NCBI GenBank assembly: GCA_964539035.1
Contig: CAZIHK010000010.1
Coordinates: 1 to 45,246, forward strand
Origin: an uncultured Candidatus Saccharibacteria bacterium
Lineage (GTDB): Bacteria; Patescibacteriota; Saccharimonadia; Saccharimonadales; CAIOMD01
Length of the DNA stretch: 45,246 nucleotides
Reading direction: 5' to 3'
Shown: positions 32,611 to 43,163 of the stretch, piece after piece
How the letters are laid out: every line of letters starts with the position of its first letter
Numbering within the stretch: position 1 is the first letter of the stretch
Program-made: the position numbers and the translations under genes
Notes under the pieces: model-generated
Told to the model about the DNA's origin: nothing
What the model saw: only the letters and a program-made list of their open reading frames with translations
Databases searched by the model: none

Positions 32611-34356
32611 ATGGATGCTTTAGAAGATATTAAAAATCGTCTTTCTATAGAGGATGTAGTTGGCGAATATGTAGAGCTAAAAAGGGCAGGCCGAAATTTT
32701 AGGGGGCTTTCGCCATTTAATTCCGAACGAACACCAAGCTTTATGGTAAGCCCTGAGAAACAAATATGGCATGATTTTAGCAGTGGCAAGGGCGGAAACA
32801 TGTTTGGTTTTATTATGGAAATGGAAGGTGTCGATTTTAGGGGTGCAATGGAGATTTTGGCCCGTAAAGCGGGAGTAGATTTGAGTCTTTATCAAAAGGG
32901 CGATGGTCAGGTCCGCCAAAAAAAGGATAAAGCTCTCGAAATAACTGAACTGGCCGCAAAATATTACCAGCAAAACTTGGTAAAAAATAAAGCTGCGCTA
33001 GATTATGTAATCAAAAAGCGACACCTTAACAGGCAGACACTTGCAGATTTTCGCTTGGGTTACGCACCAAATAATGGTAGTGCTCTAATTGACTTTTTAA
33101 AACGCCGAAAATTCACTGAATCAGACATACAGTTAGCAGGTCTTGGAGCTAAAAGATATAACGGGTTGGGCGATATGTTTAGAGAGCGGATTGTCATACC
33201 CTTAATGGATGCACAGGGCTCACCGATTGGTTTTACGGCTCGTTTGTTGTTTGACGAACCAAATGCGCCAAAATACATTAACACGCCTCAAACCGTACTC
33301 TATGATAAGAGCAGAAATGTTTTTGGGTTGCACCTGGCCAAAGAACCAATCAGGCGATCTGGGTTTGCTGTAATTGTAGAGGGAAATCTTGACGTTATTG
33401 CCAGCCATCAAGCAGGTTATGCAAATGTTGTGGCCACTGGAGGCACAGCCATGACAACCTTCCATCTTAAAGCGATCCAACGCTTTACTGAAGATATTCG
33501 TTTGAGTTTCGATCAAGATAGGGCAGGTATCGCTGCGGCTGAGCGGGCTATTAATGTAGCCCAAGGCATTGGTGTCAAATTATCAATAATTACTGTTAAA
33601 GGCTGTAAAGACCCTGACGAGCTTATCCAAAAAGACTCTAATTTATGGAAAAAGGCAATCCATAACTCGCAATATGCTATGGATTGGCTGCTAGAACGCT
33701 ATCAGCAGGTTTACGATATCACTACCGCTCACGGTAAAAGAGCTTTTACGGATGTTTTATTGCAAACTATCGCCAATCTCGAAGACAGCGTCGAGCAAGA
33801 TCATTATTTATTAGAGCTTGCCCGAATGTCTGAAGTTAGCGAAGCAGCAATGCGAAGCAAACTAAAAACTATCAAGGGCGGTGGCAAATCGCCCGCAAGA
33901 CAATCTAAGGCTCATATGGTAGAACACGTATCTGCCGATCCCTATATGTATCAAGACCAACTACTAAGCTTATTGGTTGCTTATCCAAGCTCGCGCCGGT
34001 TATTAGAAACCGAAACAACAAGATTAGTGTTTAGCACGCCAGAGCGCCAACGAGTGTATGAATTTGTAGAGGCAAATCCGCACCTTTCTTTTGCCGATAA
34101 CATACCCGAAGACTTGAAAGATGTTGATGATTATGTAAAAATATTACTATTCAAAGCAGAAGAGCTCTATAACGGCTTCGATACTAACGAACGGCTGAGG
34201 GAGCTCCGAGATTTAATCCATAAACTAACACTTAAATACAAAAAGGAACAAAAACAAGAATTAACGGAGGCTATTCGTAGCGCCGAACTAAGTGGCAACG
34301 AAGAGCTAGTCGATCAACTTCTAACTCAATTCAACAATTTGTTAAAGAAAGAATAG
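32611..34356 (+). CDS. dnaG: DNA primase
   Basis: SPFNSERTPSFMVSPEKQIWHDF (zinc-ribbon-region homolog), RNA-polymerase core, TOPRIM (VIVEGNLDVIA...DQDRAGIAAA). Located upstream of rpoD. Confidence 0.85.
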   Translation: MDALEDIKNRLSIEDVVGEYVELKRAGRNFRGLSPFNSERTPSFMVSPEKQIWHDFSSGKGGNMFGFIMEMEGVDFRGAMEILARKAGVDLSLYQKGDGQVRQKKDKALEITELAAKYYQQNLVKNKAALDYVIKKRHLNRQTLADFRLGYAPNNGSALIDFLKRRKFTESDIQLAGLGAKRYNGLGDMFRERIVIPLMDAQGSPIGFTARLLFDEPNAPKYINTPQTVLYDKSRNVFGLHLAKEPIRRSGFAVIVEGNLDVIASHQAGYANVVATGGTAMTTFHLKAIQRFTEDIRLSFDQDRAGIAAAERAINVAQGIGVKLSIITVKGCKDPDELIQKDSNLWKKAIHNSQYAMDWLLERYQQVYDITTAHGKRAFTDVLLQTIANLEDSVEQDHYLLELARMSEVSEAAMRSKLKTIKGGGKSPARQSKAHMVEHVSADPYMYQDQLLSLLVAYPSSRRLLETETTRLVFSTPERQRVYEFVEANPHLSFADNIPEDLKDVDDYVKILLFKAEELYNGFDTNERLRELRDLIHKLTLKYKKEQKQELTEAIRSAELSGNEELVDQLLTQFNNLLKKE

Positions 34357-34365
34357 GAATATCTA

Positions 34366-35481
34366 GTGGCAGACGAAGAGGCAAAGACGCAGGCTGATTT
34401 ATTATTGGCCAAAGAAAAATTATTAGAACAGGGTAAAAAAGATGGCAAATTAGAACAAAAGGATATCTTTAAAGAAATTGCCGATACACCCGAGAACCTA
34501 GATTTACTAGATGCTTTGTATGGCGAAATGACCGAAGCAAGTGTCGAGCTGGTGATGGCCGACGAGCCAACAAAAGATGATTTTAGTGACGAATGGGTTA
34601 CTGAAGACGAAGAGGCAATATTTGTACCACCAGCAGCTTATTTAGATGACGTATCAGACGATTCGGTGCGTCTGTATTTGCGCGAAATTGGTAAAATACC
34701 TTTACTTACGGCTACGGAAGAGCTAGAACTAGCCCATCGTGTTGTAGCAGGCGAAAAAAGGGCTAAAGATAAGATGGCCGAGGCTAATATGCGTTTGGTA
34801 GTGTCTATCGCTAAGCGATATGTTGGCCGAGGATTAGATTTGCTTGATTTAATCCAAGAGGGGAACACTGGGCTGCTTAGGGCTGTAGAAAAATTTGACC
34901 CAGATAAAGGTTTTAAATTTAGCACCTATGCCACATGGTGGATACGCCAAGCTATAACAAGGGCAATTGCCGACCAAGCTCGCACTATCCGCATACCAGT
35001 TCATATGGTTGAAACAATAAATAAATTACTCAGGACCCAGCGTCGTTTAACTCAAGAGCTCAATCGTGAACCTACAAACGAAGAAATTGCCAAAGAGATG
35101 GAAATTGAAGTAGAAAAGGTTGAACATATTATGAAAATTAAGCAAGATATTCATAGCCTTGACCAGAGTGTGCGAGACGACGAAGAAGATAGCGTGCTTG
35201 GTGATTTTGTTGAAGACGAAGACACCATTAGCCCAGAAGAATCAGCCGCAAATCAGTTGCTTAAAGAGCAAGTCAAAGATTTGTTGGGTAGTTTGAGCGA
35301 ACGTGAACAAAAAATAATACGTCTTCGTTTTGGGCTAGAAGATGGCAAAAGCCACACTTTAGAAGAAGTGGGCCAAGAGTTCAGTGTTACTCGCGAACGT
35401 ATTCGCCAAATAGAAGCCAAGGCTTTAGCTAAACTTCGCAAACACAAAGACTCTAAAAGATTGATGGACTATATAAAATAA
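34366..35481 (+). CDS. rpoD: RNA polymerase primary sigma factor
   Basis: GTG start. Region 1.2 [11 protein letters not shown], region 2 [18 protein letters not shown]...[17 protein letters not shown], region 4 [24 protein letters not shown]. Confidence 0.9.
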   Translation: MADEEAKTQADLLLAKEKLLEQGKKDGKLEQKDIFKEIADTPENLDLLDALYGEMTEASVELVMADEPTKDDFSDEWVTEDEEAIFVPPAAYLDDVSDDSVRLYLREIGKIPLLTATEELELAHRVVAGEKRAKDKMAEANMRLVVSIAKRYVGRGLDLLDLIQEGNTGLLRAVEKFDPDKGFKFSTYATWWIRQAITRAIADQARTIRIPVHMVETINKLLRTQRRLTQELNREPTNEEIAKEMEIEVEKVEHIMKIKQDIHSLDQSVRDDEEDSVLGDFVEDEDTISPEESAANQLLKEQVKDLLGSLSEREQKIIRLRFGLEDGKSHTLEEVGQEFSVTRERIRQIEAKALAKLRKHKDSKRLMDYIK

Positions 35482-35482
35482 G

Positions 35483-35950
35483 ATGTTGCATAATCTTTTT
35501 GCAAAAAAAGACTTACCGATTACAATACCCAAGTCATTGCAGGAGCAAATTGATACTGTAGCTAGAGCTAGGGATAAATTAGAAGCGACAAAACTTGCGT
35601 ACGATATTATTACTTCTAAATATCGTGGCCATCGGGTAAAAACGTATTTGCACCTAAAAAAGTTGCTTAATACAGATATAGATAAAATTTGGTCCCAGAG
35701 TGGGTTCTACCAATGCACCACCCAAAATTATCTAATTCGGTTATTGCTAGTTAAAAGTGGCAAGTTTACTAATAAAGAAGTGAAACAAAAGTTTACATTG
35801 ATTTGGTATATTGGACCACACCAATATCTGAAGATAGAAATTCAAGAAAACCAGTATATATATCTCGACCCTTGGTCGAAAACCTATGGTGTGGAATTTG
35901 GACAATATGCTCATGGTTTTAAATCTGGCAAAATAACAAAAATAAAATGA
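35483..35950 (+). CDS. Hypothetical protein (155 aa)
   Basis: ORF starting 2 nt after the rpoD stop. No family recognised. Confidence 0.5.
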   Translation: MLHNLFAKKDLPITIPKSLQEQIDTVARARDKLEATKLAYDIITSKYRGHRVKTYLHLKKLLNTDIDKIWSQSGFYQCTTQNYLIRLLLVKSGKFTNKEVKQKFTLIWYIGPHQYLKIEIQENQYIYLDPWSKTYGVEFGQYAHGFKSGKITKIK

Positions 35951-36069
35951 TTATTTTTTATAGTCGTATTTTGGTATAGGATAGCTGGTTTATGGCCTCA
36001 GCTTTGGCAAGCTCAAGAATTTAGGGTGTGCTATTAGCAATTCAAGGATAATTTATGTTTATACCAAAA

Positions 36070-36098
36070 TTGACAAGTAGTAAATATAATGCTATATT
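36070..36098 (+). promoter_or_regulatory. Putative sigma70-type promoter
   Basis: TTGACA 36070..36075, 17-nt spacer, TATATT 36093..36098, ~28 nt before the ATG at 36126. Confidence 0.45.
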
Positions 36099-36125
36099 GT
36101 ACAAAGATAATAAAACAAATAAATT

Positions 36126-36782
36126 ATGCAAGAAACACAAACAATAGCGCAACCACAGATAGCTACTAAGGCTATAACTTCAGAACCGATACAGTTTACT
36201 ACTTCAGTAGCTACAACCCCATTGGATGAGGATAAAGCTCGCACTGAACTTAATAATCTTGGTGTCTGGGCAGACGATGATATCAATCCAAAAGACGATT
36301 TTATGGACAATAAAGAATACAGAAGCCGCATCGAAAATATTGTAGTTAATGTTAAATTTTTAAGAAAAGTAACTGTAGATGGCGTCAGTTTTTTGAGTAA
36401 TATTTACGTAGACCAAAACAAAATAGACCCAAAATTAATAAATTTGCAGATTTCAATTGCTTTTGATGAGTTTGCTATAGATGGTGTCTATGATGTATCT
36501 GTTCTTAAAAAGTCTTTATTCGATATAAGCCACAACCTACCTCAAAGCACGTTAGATGACCCATATAAAAACGTTCGCCAAAAAGCCGAACAATTACTTA
36601 TTGAAGAGAATCTGATAGAAAACTTAAGTGGTGTTAAAAAAACGGACGATAAAGCTGCATTATTAGAACAAGGTGAGCTAGTAGAGGAATTTATTAAGCA
36701 AGCTAACCCAAAACACAAAAAATTCTCTAAATTCAAAAAGTTTAGTGATGGCATCAAAAGAGGCATAGAATTACTAACTTAA
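36126..36782 (+). CDS. Hypothetical protein (218 aa)
   Basis: Long ORF with no family recognised. Confidence 0.5.
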   Translation: MQETQTIAQPQIATKAITSEPIQFTTSVATTPLDEDKARTELNNLGVWADDDINPKDDFMDNKEYRSRIENIVVNVKFLRKVTVDGVSFLSNIYVDQNKIDPKLINLQISIAFDEFAIDGVYDVSVLKKSLFDISHNLPQSTLDDPYKNVRQKAEQLLIEENLIENLSGVKKTDDKAALLEQGELVEEFIKQANPKHKKFSKFKKFSDGIKRGIELLT

Positions 36783-36796
36783 ATAATTGTTAGTTA

Positions 36797-37381
36797 ATGA
36801 TGGCGCTGTTCAACTACAATAGAGCAATGGACCAATATAAGGTGAGTATTATTGAAAAATCGGCAAGGATTGCTACTTTGGCACATAATGACCAGATGCG
36901 AAAAGATGGTAATGTGCCATATATTGTTCACCCGTTTATGGTGGCATTAAAGTTACAAAAATATGACTTTGGCGAAGAAACTATTGCGGCGGCACTTTGC
37001 CATGATGTTTTAGAGGATACAGACTATCCTCCTGACCAATTACGTACAAATATCGGAGAGAAAGCCTACAAAATAGTTAAAACAGTCAGCTATAACTACA
37101 GCCTAGAATGGCACGATAGAAAAATGGCATACATAGAATCCGTTCGTAAAGGCCCCATAGGTGCAAAAGCGGTATGTGTTGCAGATAAAATCCATAATTT
37201 AGAGAGCATATTTATTGCCTACGAAGTACAGGGCCCAGCACTATGGAATAAATTTAATAAGGGTAAAGAAGATAAATTGTGGTTCGAAGAATCTGTTTTA
37301 AAAATGCTAAAAGTGACTTGGGATCATCCTTTGATAAAAGAATATGAATCGCTAATCAAAAAAGAAAAGTCCTTAAAATAA
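36797..37381 (+). CDS. HD-domain phosphohydrolase, (p)ppGpp-hydrolase (SAH/Mesh1)-like
   Basis: AHNDQMRKDGNVPYIVHPFMVA...ALCHDVLEDT: HD motif in the RelA/SpoT hydrolase-domain pattern. Confidence 0.65.
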   Translation: MMALFNYNRAMDQYKVSIIEKSARIATLAHNDQMRKDGNVPYIVHPFMVALKLQKYDFGEETIAAALCHDVLEDTDYPPDQLRTNIGEKAYKIVKTVSYNYSLEWHDRKMAYIESVRKGPIGAKAVCVADKIHNLESIFIAYEVQGPALWNKFNKGKEDKLWFEESVLKMLKVTWDHPLIKEYESLIKKEKSLK

Positions 37382-37404
37382 TCAAGTTCATATACAATTA
37401 ATTT

Positions 37405-37986
37405 ATGCAAAAGCCATCGCTTATTGGGATAGGTGGAACAAATGCTAGTGGTAAAGATACGTTGGCACTGTATTTAGTAGAAAAACATGGTTACTTGTTT
37501 GTCTCTACAAGCGATATGATTAGAGAAGTAGCAACGAAGCGTGAGGGTAATATTTTGCGCCCAACGCTTGTAAAAGTATCTAACGAAATGCGCACTGAGA
37601 GTGGTGCTGGTGTGTTGGTGAAATTATGTATCGAGCATTATAAGAAATCAGGCAATAAAGTAGGTCTGGTAGCATCTAGTATCCGAACTAAGGGCGAGGT
37701 AGAGGAGATTAAAAAGCAGGGTGGCATACTAGTATTTACAGACGCTGATGCCAAAATAAGATACGAGAGGTTAAAATCACGCAAAAGGGCAGATGATTTT
37801 ATAAGTTACAAACAGTTTTTAGCCGAACAACAAGCCGAATGGCATCAATCGGATGATCCAGGCGTACATAGTATTAAATCTGTTAAAGAAGCAGCCGACT
37901 ACATATTTACCAATAATAGTGATGAAGCCAGCTTTACCAAACAACTAGAAACGGCCCTTTTTGTTAAAAAACGAAGATTATTATAG
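37405..37986 (+). CDS. P-loop nucleoside/nucleotide kinase-like protein (CoaE/dNMP-kinase-like)
   Basis: IGIGGTNASGKDT Walker A at the N-terminus; ~190 aa. Confidence 0.5.
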   Translation: MQKPSLIGIGGTNASGKDTLALYLVEKHGYLFVSTSDMIREVATKREGNILRPTLVKVSNEMRTESGAGVLVKLCIEHYKKSGNKVGLVASSIRTKGEVEEIKKQGGILVFTDADAKIRYERLKSRKRADDFISYKQFLAEQQAEWHQSDDPGVHSIKSVKEAADYIFTNNSDEASFTKQLETALFVKKRRLL

Positions 37987-38093
37987 AATTTTGTTGACAG
38001 GTAAGCATATGAGGTTATACAGTTAAACATAAGAAGCTTTAATAAACAGCTTTGCACCAAATAGAGACAAATATTAAAAAATAGAGGATATAA

Positions 38094-39368
38094 GTGGACA
38101 TAAATTTAGTACGTCCACGCTGTCGTCACGTGTCTAGGATCAATCTCGCAGTTGATTCTAAATTAGTGACAAGTGCTGATATAGAGCAATCTGTTAGTGC
38201 TATAGCCGAAGACGTACCAATCACAACTAACAAGTACTTTACGCCCAAAAAACTGGATTATACTAGTGGTGCTAAAGCTCACAAAAAAAAGCGCAGGCTT
38301 GGTACGCTGTATGGCAGTTTGAGCAAGGCTTTGTTTGTCATGGCTGTATTTGCATTAATTATTATGGTGGCTGGTTTTTTTGTTAATCGTAAGTACCAAG
38401 GGCTAGCTTTACCCTTAACTTATGTTGGTGATGTGGCAATTGGCGGGATGAACCAAGATCAAATTAAAAAGACTCTAGATGAACATTATAATAATATGGC
38501 CATTACTTTTGTTGATGGTGGTTTGGTGCGTAAAGCGACATTAGAGCAACTAGATATTAAAGCTGATACAAAAGCTATCAGCGAGCAAGCAGTACCTAAA
38601 CGGTTTAACCCGTTTTCGTATCTTAACTGGCAAAGATACGAGGTCCCCATACAAGTTAATGACCGCATAGTAGCCGGATACATGCAAACCAAATTCAACT
38701 CCAGTAAAACAAAAAGTGAAGATGCCTCAATTGGTATAGACAAGAACAAGTTAAAAGTATATGGTGAGCTCGTAGGGTTCCAGGCAGACAGCAAAAATAT
38801 TGTTCAGCAAATAAAGAATTCACTGGCAAAAGCAACCGAACCGCGCATAAATGTTAATGCAGTTACAGTAAAGCCTAAAGTTGGTGCAATAGACTTAACA
38901 GATGACTTTAATAGAGCCAATACAATGCTGCAAACAGCTATAACTATTAAGTATGGTTATGCCAACATAAAACCCACGCTACAACAAAAAATCGCTTGGA
39001 TGCAAATACGTCAAGAGCCGGGTTCGACATATGTAAATGTAGAATTTTCTAAAGGCTTAATAAGGGCTTATATATTAGAACAAGTCCAAAAAATGCAGGC
39101 TTATCAAACAGCTAAAAAAGTCGAGCAAGTTGCTGCTACTGCTAGCGCTACTCTAACTACCACCCCAATGCCAGAAGATAAAACCGATCAAAATATTATG
39201 ATTATAGAAAATATAGATGAGGCGGCAGATGCGGTAGTCGCTTCGCTTAAAAGTGCCAGCGCATTGAACCAGCAGCTGACTATCAAGCAAATAAATAGTG
39301 ATAAATCTATAGGTGCAAATACAACTATTGGTGGTAATACCGTTGCCTCAGTGCAGTCGATTCGTTAA
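38094..39368 (+). CDS. Hypothetical membrane-anchored protein (424 aa)
   Basis: GTG start. TM helix ALFVMAVFALIIMVAGFFV. YVGDVAIGGMNQDQIKKTLDEHY resembles the N-terminal domain of YoaR/VanW-type proteins (weak). Confidence 0.5.
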   Translation: MDINLVRPRCRHVSRINLAVDSKLVTSADIEQSVSAIAEDVPITTNKYFTPKKLDYTSGAKAHKKKRRLGTLYGSLSKALFVMAVFALIIMVAGFFVNRKYQGLALPLTYVGDVAIGGMNQDQIKKTLDEHYNNMAITFVDGGLVRKATLEQLDIKADTKAISEQAVPKRFNPFSYLNWQRYEVPIQVNDRIVAGYMQTKFNSSKTKSEDASIGIDKNKLKVYGELVGFQADSKNIVQQIKNSLAKATEPRINVNAVTVKPKVGAIDLTDDFNRANTMLQTAITIKYGYANIKPTLQQKIAWMQIRQEPGSTYVNVEFSKGLIRAYILEQVQKMQAYQTAKKVEQVAATASATLTTTPMPEDKTDQNIMIIENIDEAADAVVASLKSASALNQQLTIKQINSDKSIGANTTIGGNTVASVQSIR

Positions 39369-39448
39369 CAATACTTAGACTTAACACCTCTAAAGAGTAT
39401 AATATTTGTATACAACCAAAGGGGTGTGCCATAGCTGCGAACAAACGA

Positions 39449-42049
39449 TTGGTAATTATTGACGGTAAAAGCGTTTTTTACCGTGGTTATTATGCTATGC
39501 CGGGGCTGTCTACAAAAGATGGCACCCCTACGGGTGGTGTATTTGGTTTTACCACGCTTAGCTTAGAGGTTATAAAGCGGTTACAGCCAGATTATGTTGC
39601 CGTTGCCTGGGATAAAGCTAAAACTAATATTCGCTCAAGGCTTAAGATATATCCGCAATATAAAGCAGGACGCAAGCCACCTCCACCAGATTTTTATGCC
39701 CAAATACCAATATTGCACGAACTGTTAAATTCTTTAGGCTGGCCGATGTATGAGTTAGACGATTATGAGGCCGACGATATTATGGCAGCCCTAGCCGTAC
39801 AAGCCAAAGATAAAGACATCGAAACTATATTGATTACAAGTGATTTAGACGCTTTGCAATGCATTAGCAGCCACACAAAAGTTTATGCCTTAAAAAAAGG
39901 TCTCAGTAATATTGAAGAGTTTCATCCGGAAAGTTTTGTGGCTAAGTATGGTATCCAGCCGCATCAGTTTTTAGATTTAAAATCACTTATGGGTGACTCA
40001 TCCGACAATATTCCAGGTGTACCAGGAATTGGCGAAAAAACTGCCCTAGAATTACTTAAAAAGCATGGTACTCTAGACGAAATATATGACAATATCGAGC
40101 TGATTAGTGGCAGTGCTAAAGACAAGTTAAAAAACGGCCGCGAATTAGCTTATATGAGCAAAAAACTTGCTACGCTGTTCACTGATGCACCAATTAAGCT
40201 AGATTTAAAAGCCATGGATGTCACTAAATTTGATGGCGCTAAACTAAAAGCCAATCTAGAAAAGTTGGAGTTTAGGAGCCTGCTGCGCCAAATGCCCGAA
40301 GTTATGGAGGTAGAGACTGAAATTGCAGAAGGTATCGCTCCAAGAGGCAATTTAAAAATGCCTAGAGCTGTATTGCCGAGTTTGTTCCAAATTGATTCTA
40401 AAGATGTTTTATATGTACATTGTTTTGGGCGAGGCGCCCATGGTGCCGACCCATATGCAATAGTAATAGGTACAAAAGAACAAGCAACAACTTATGAGTT
40501 GCCACGTGATAGAGCCCTGCTTAATAAAATTAAACCCGATTTAGAATCTACACCACTAGTTGGATATGACGTTAAGCATCATATTAAAAGCTTGCTTAGT
40601 CTTAGCATAAATACTGTGTATGTAGGTCACGATGTACAAGTTGCTGCATTTTTGTTAGATAGTTTGCATCTAGCCAAGACATTGCACGATTTAGCCGAAC
40701 ATGAAATTGGTTACCAACATGTGAATATAAACGAAATACCGCCAGAAGATATTGCCCACCACGCAGTAGAGCTTGTGGGTGTTTTACATGCACTGCACAT
40801 AAAACAATTCAAAGATTTTGAACAATATCCAAAAATGACAGATTTAGCCCATAAAATAGAATGGCCGGTAATACCGGTACTGGCACGTATGGAATACAAG
40901 GGTATTGGCATCGATAACTTGTATCTTGGTAAAATGGGCAAGCGACTAGCTAAGCAAATTAGCGATCTTGAGCAAACGATTTATGGTCTTGCAGAACAAG
41001 AATTTAATATTGCCAGCCCCCAGCAGTTAGCAGTAGTACTTTTTGATGACATGGGTTTGCCTACGCAGGGTATAAAAAAGGGTAAAACTGGTTATTCTAC
41101 GGCAGCTGGCGAGCTTGATAAATTGCGAGGCCTGCATCCAATCATTAATAGCATTAGCCAGTTCCGGGAGTTCACCAAATTAAAAAATACTTATGTAGAC
41201 GCCTTGCCAAAACTATCTACTAAAGACAATCGCATACATACTACGTTTAATTTGACTGTAGCTCAAACTGGTCGCTTAAGCTCTAGTGATCCAAACTTGC
41301 AAAATATCCCTGTTCGTAGCGAGCTTGGCAAATCTATAAGACGGGCATTTGTAGCTGGTAAGAATAATGTATTTATATCGGCCGATTATAGTCAGTTTGA
41401 GCTGCGCTTAGCCGCTGTAATGGCTGGCGACACTGATATGATGGAGGTGTTTAATAGTGGCGAAGACATCCACACCCGAACGGCAAGTGAAGTTTATGGT
41501 GTAGCCCTAGAAGACGTAACCAAAGAACAACGCAGCAATGCTAAAACGATTAATTTTGGTGTGCTTTACGGTATGAGCCCCCACGGGCTTGCCGCTGCAA
41601 CGGGCATGTCTTACGGTGATGCCCAGGAATTTATTGATAGATATTTTGCAACCCGCCAACCTTTAGTTGATTACATTGCAATTTTAAAAGAGCATGCTCA
41701 AAACCGAGGTTTTGTAGCTACAGTTTTTGGGCGCAGACGTCCAACTCCGGATGTAAAATCACCAAACTTTATTGTCCGCGAGGCGGCACTTCGCCAAGCG
41801 GTTAATATGCCAATACAAGGCACCGAAGCCGATTTGATGAAGTTGGCTATGGTAGCTGTAGAAAATATATTACCAAATGACTCAGACCAACTTTTGCAGA
41901 TACATGATTCAATATTGGTTGAATGCCCAGTTGGCAAAGCCGAAAAGCTAGCAGGTCAAATAAAAGACACTATGGAAAATATCTATCCAGGTCTAGGTAT
42001 TGTATTGGCAGTTGATATACATATTGGCCAAAACTGGGGCGAACTATGA
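39449..42049 (+). CDS. polA: DNA polymerase I
   Basis: 5' nuclease N-terminus (IIDGKSVFYRGYYA), H3TH (GDSSDNIPGVPGIGEKTA), pol motif A DYSQFELR, motif B RSNAKTINFGVLYG, motif C QIHDSILVE. The TTG start at 39449 is uncertain. Confidence 0.9.
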   Translation: MVIIDGKSVFYRGYYAMPGLSTKDGTPTGGVFGFTTLSLEVIKRLQPDYVAVAWDKAKTNIRSRLKIYPQYKAGRKPPPPDFYAQIPILHELLNSLGWPMYELDDYEADDIMAALAVQAKDKDIETILITSDLDALQCISSHTKVYALKKGLSNIEEFHPESFVAKYGIQPHQFLDLKSLMGDSSDNIPGVPGIGEKTALELLKKHGTLDEIYDNIELISGSAKDKLKNGRELAYMSKKLATLFTDAPIKLDLKAMDVTKFDGAKLKANLEKLEFRSLLRQMPEVMEVETEIAEGIAPRGNLKMPRAVLPSLFQIDSKDVLYVHCFGRGAHGADPYAIVIGTKEQATTYELPRDRALLNKIKPDLESTPLVGYDVKHHIKSLLSLSINTVYVGHDVQVAAFLLDSLHLAKTLHDLAEHEIGYQHVNINEIPPEDIAHHAVELVGVLHALHIKQFKDFEQYPKMTDLAHKIEWPVIPVLARMEYKGIGIDNLYLGKMGKRLAKQISDLEQTIYGLAEQEFNIASPQQLAVVLFDDMGLPTQGIKKGKTGYSTAAGELDKLRGLHPIINSISQFREFTKLKNTYVDALPKLSTKDNRIHTTFNLTVAQTGRLSSSDPNLQNIPVRSELGKSIRRAFVAGKNNVFISADYSQFELRLAAVMAGDTDMMEVFNSGEDIHTRTASEVYGVALEDVTKEQRSNAKTINFGVLYGMSPHGLAAATGMSYGDAQEFIDRYFATRQPLVDYIAILKEHAQNRGFVATVFGRRRPTPDVKSPNFIVREAALRQAVNMPIQGTEADLMKLAMVAVENILPNDSDQLLQIHDSILVECPVGKAEKLAGQIKDTMENIYPGLGIVLAVDIHIGQNWGEL

Positions 42050-42624
42050 GATATCTGCGCGAAAGTTCAGAACAAGAAATGGTTGCCGAGTTTTTAAAAG
42101 GCGAATTTAAATCACCGCGTTATGCAACCAAGATTAAAGCACTAGCCCACCAGCTAAATATACCCGTAGAAATCATACATAACCCAAATCTAGAAGACAC
42201 AACCCAGAATAATCAACGCGCCCAAATACTTACAAAATATAGGGGTTACGGTGATAAAAGGGGTGTATTTAGTATTGTGCCAGACAATACCAAATGGCAG
42301 CTGCAAGAACTTAATAAAATCGATATTTTAAGTCTTTATCATATTGGTTTGCCGTATTGGCACAAATTGAGCCAGCTAACCAATAAAGTTAAAGTTAGCG
42401 TAGAAACAGTGATGGAAGACGAAGAGGTACAAGGCCAATCTAACCAGCAGTTTTATAAAATAGCGACAGATATAGAGCAAGGTGCAAAATTGCCACCAGT
42501 TATATTGGTTAAAAATGAAAAAATTGGGCACTCAGTAATCATCGAAGGCAATGTTAGGGCAGTGGCTATTGGCATAGCTCGTGTTAACGATTTTAAAATA
42601 AAAGCAATAATTGGGATGGAATAA
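42046..42624 (+). CDS. Hypothetical protein (192 aa)
   Basis: ATGA overlap with the polA stop. C-terminal PPVILV...VIIEGNVRAVAIG is faintly ParB/Srx-like (weak). Confidence 0.5.
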   Translation: MRYLRESSEQEMVAEFLKGEFKSPRYATKIKALAHQLNIPVEIIHNPNLEDTTQNNQRAQILTKYRGYGDKRGVFSIVPDNTKWQLQELNKIDILSLYHIGLPYWHKLSQLTNKVKVSVETVMEDEEVQGQSNQQFYKIATDIEQGAKLPPVILVKNEKIGHSVIIEGNVRAVAIGIARVNDFKIKAIIGME

Positions 42625-42632
42625 GATAAAGT

Positions 42633-43163
42633 ATGAAGATTGTAGATTTAGAAGAGCCGCTTTTTGTAGTAGATAAAAATAATAAACCCTTTAAGCCACT
42701 AAAGCGTGGCGAGGTACATGGTTTTGGTATTTGGCATAGGACTGCACACGTTTGGGTTTTTGATGGTAGGGGCAATATTCTTTGTCACCAGCGATCTTTA
42801 AATAAAGATTCGTCACTCGGCCAATGGGCGGCGATTTTTGGTGGTCATCTTGACCCATCCGAGACTAATGAGCATGCTGCAATCAGAGAGTTGTTTGAAG
42901 AAGCTAGCATAAAAGTTGCGATAAGTGATTTAAAACCTGAACTTATATATAGAATGCATACGTCCAACGATTACAATAATGAGTTTCAGGCAGTTTTTTC
43001 GACCACATGGGTCGGTGATGAATCTAAATTAGTTTTTGATACAAATGAGGTTAGCTTTATAGAATGGCTACCGATTGAAGAAGTTCTTGAACATTTCGAG
43101 CAAAACGATGCAAACTGGTCGATTTGTGGTTATGAAGCAGATTTATTAAAAAGCAAATTATGA
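42633..43163 (+). CDS. NUDIX hydrolase (IDI-like subgroup)
   Basis: HRTAHVWVF...GGHLDPSETNEHAAIRELFEEASI NUDIX box. Confidence 0.75.
   Translation: MKIVDLEEPLFVVDKNNKPFKPLKRGEVHGFGIWHRTAHVWVFDGRGNILCHQRSLNKDSSLGQWAAIFGGHLDPSETNEHAAIRELFEEASIKVAISDLKPELIYRMHTSNDYNNEFQAVFSTTWVGDESKLVFDTNEVSFIEWLPIEEVLEHFEQNDANWSICGYEADLLKSKL

Noticed and set aside
39421-39451. Alternative upstream start for polA
   Set aside because: The frame is open upstream of the TTG at 39449, but it contains no ATG, GTG or TTG and no clear SD. I kept the track start and flagged it as uncertain.
6382-42775. Remaining short nested or antisense ORFs in the track (for example 2380..2616, 6382..6603, 7782..8015, 8202..8516, 11055..11309, 12178..12480, 19384..19635, 20108..20377, 23768..24249, 26644..26998, 32677..33564, 40150..40941, 42593..42775)
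   Set aside because: Each lies within or opposite a longer ORF that has an SD site and/or recognisable motifs. None has independent support.
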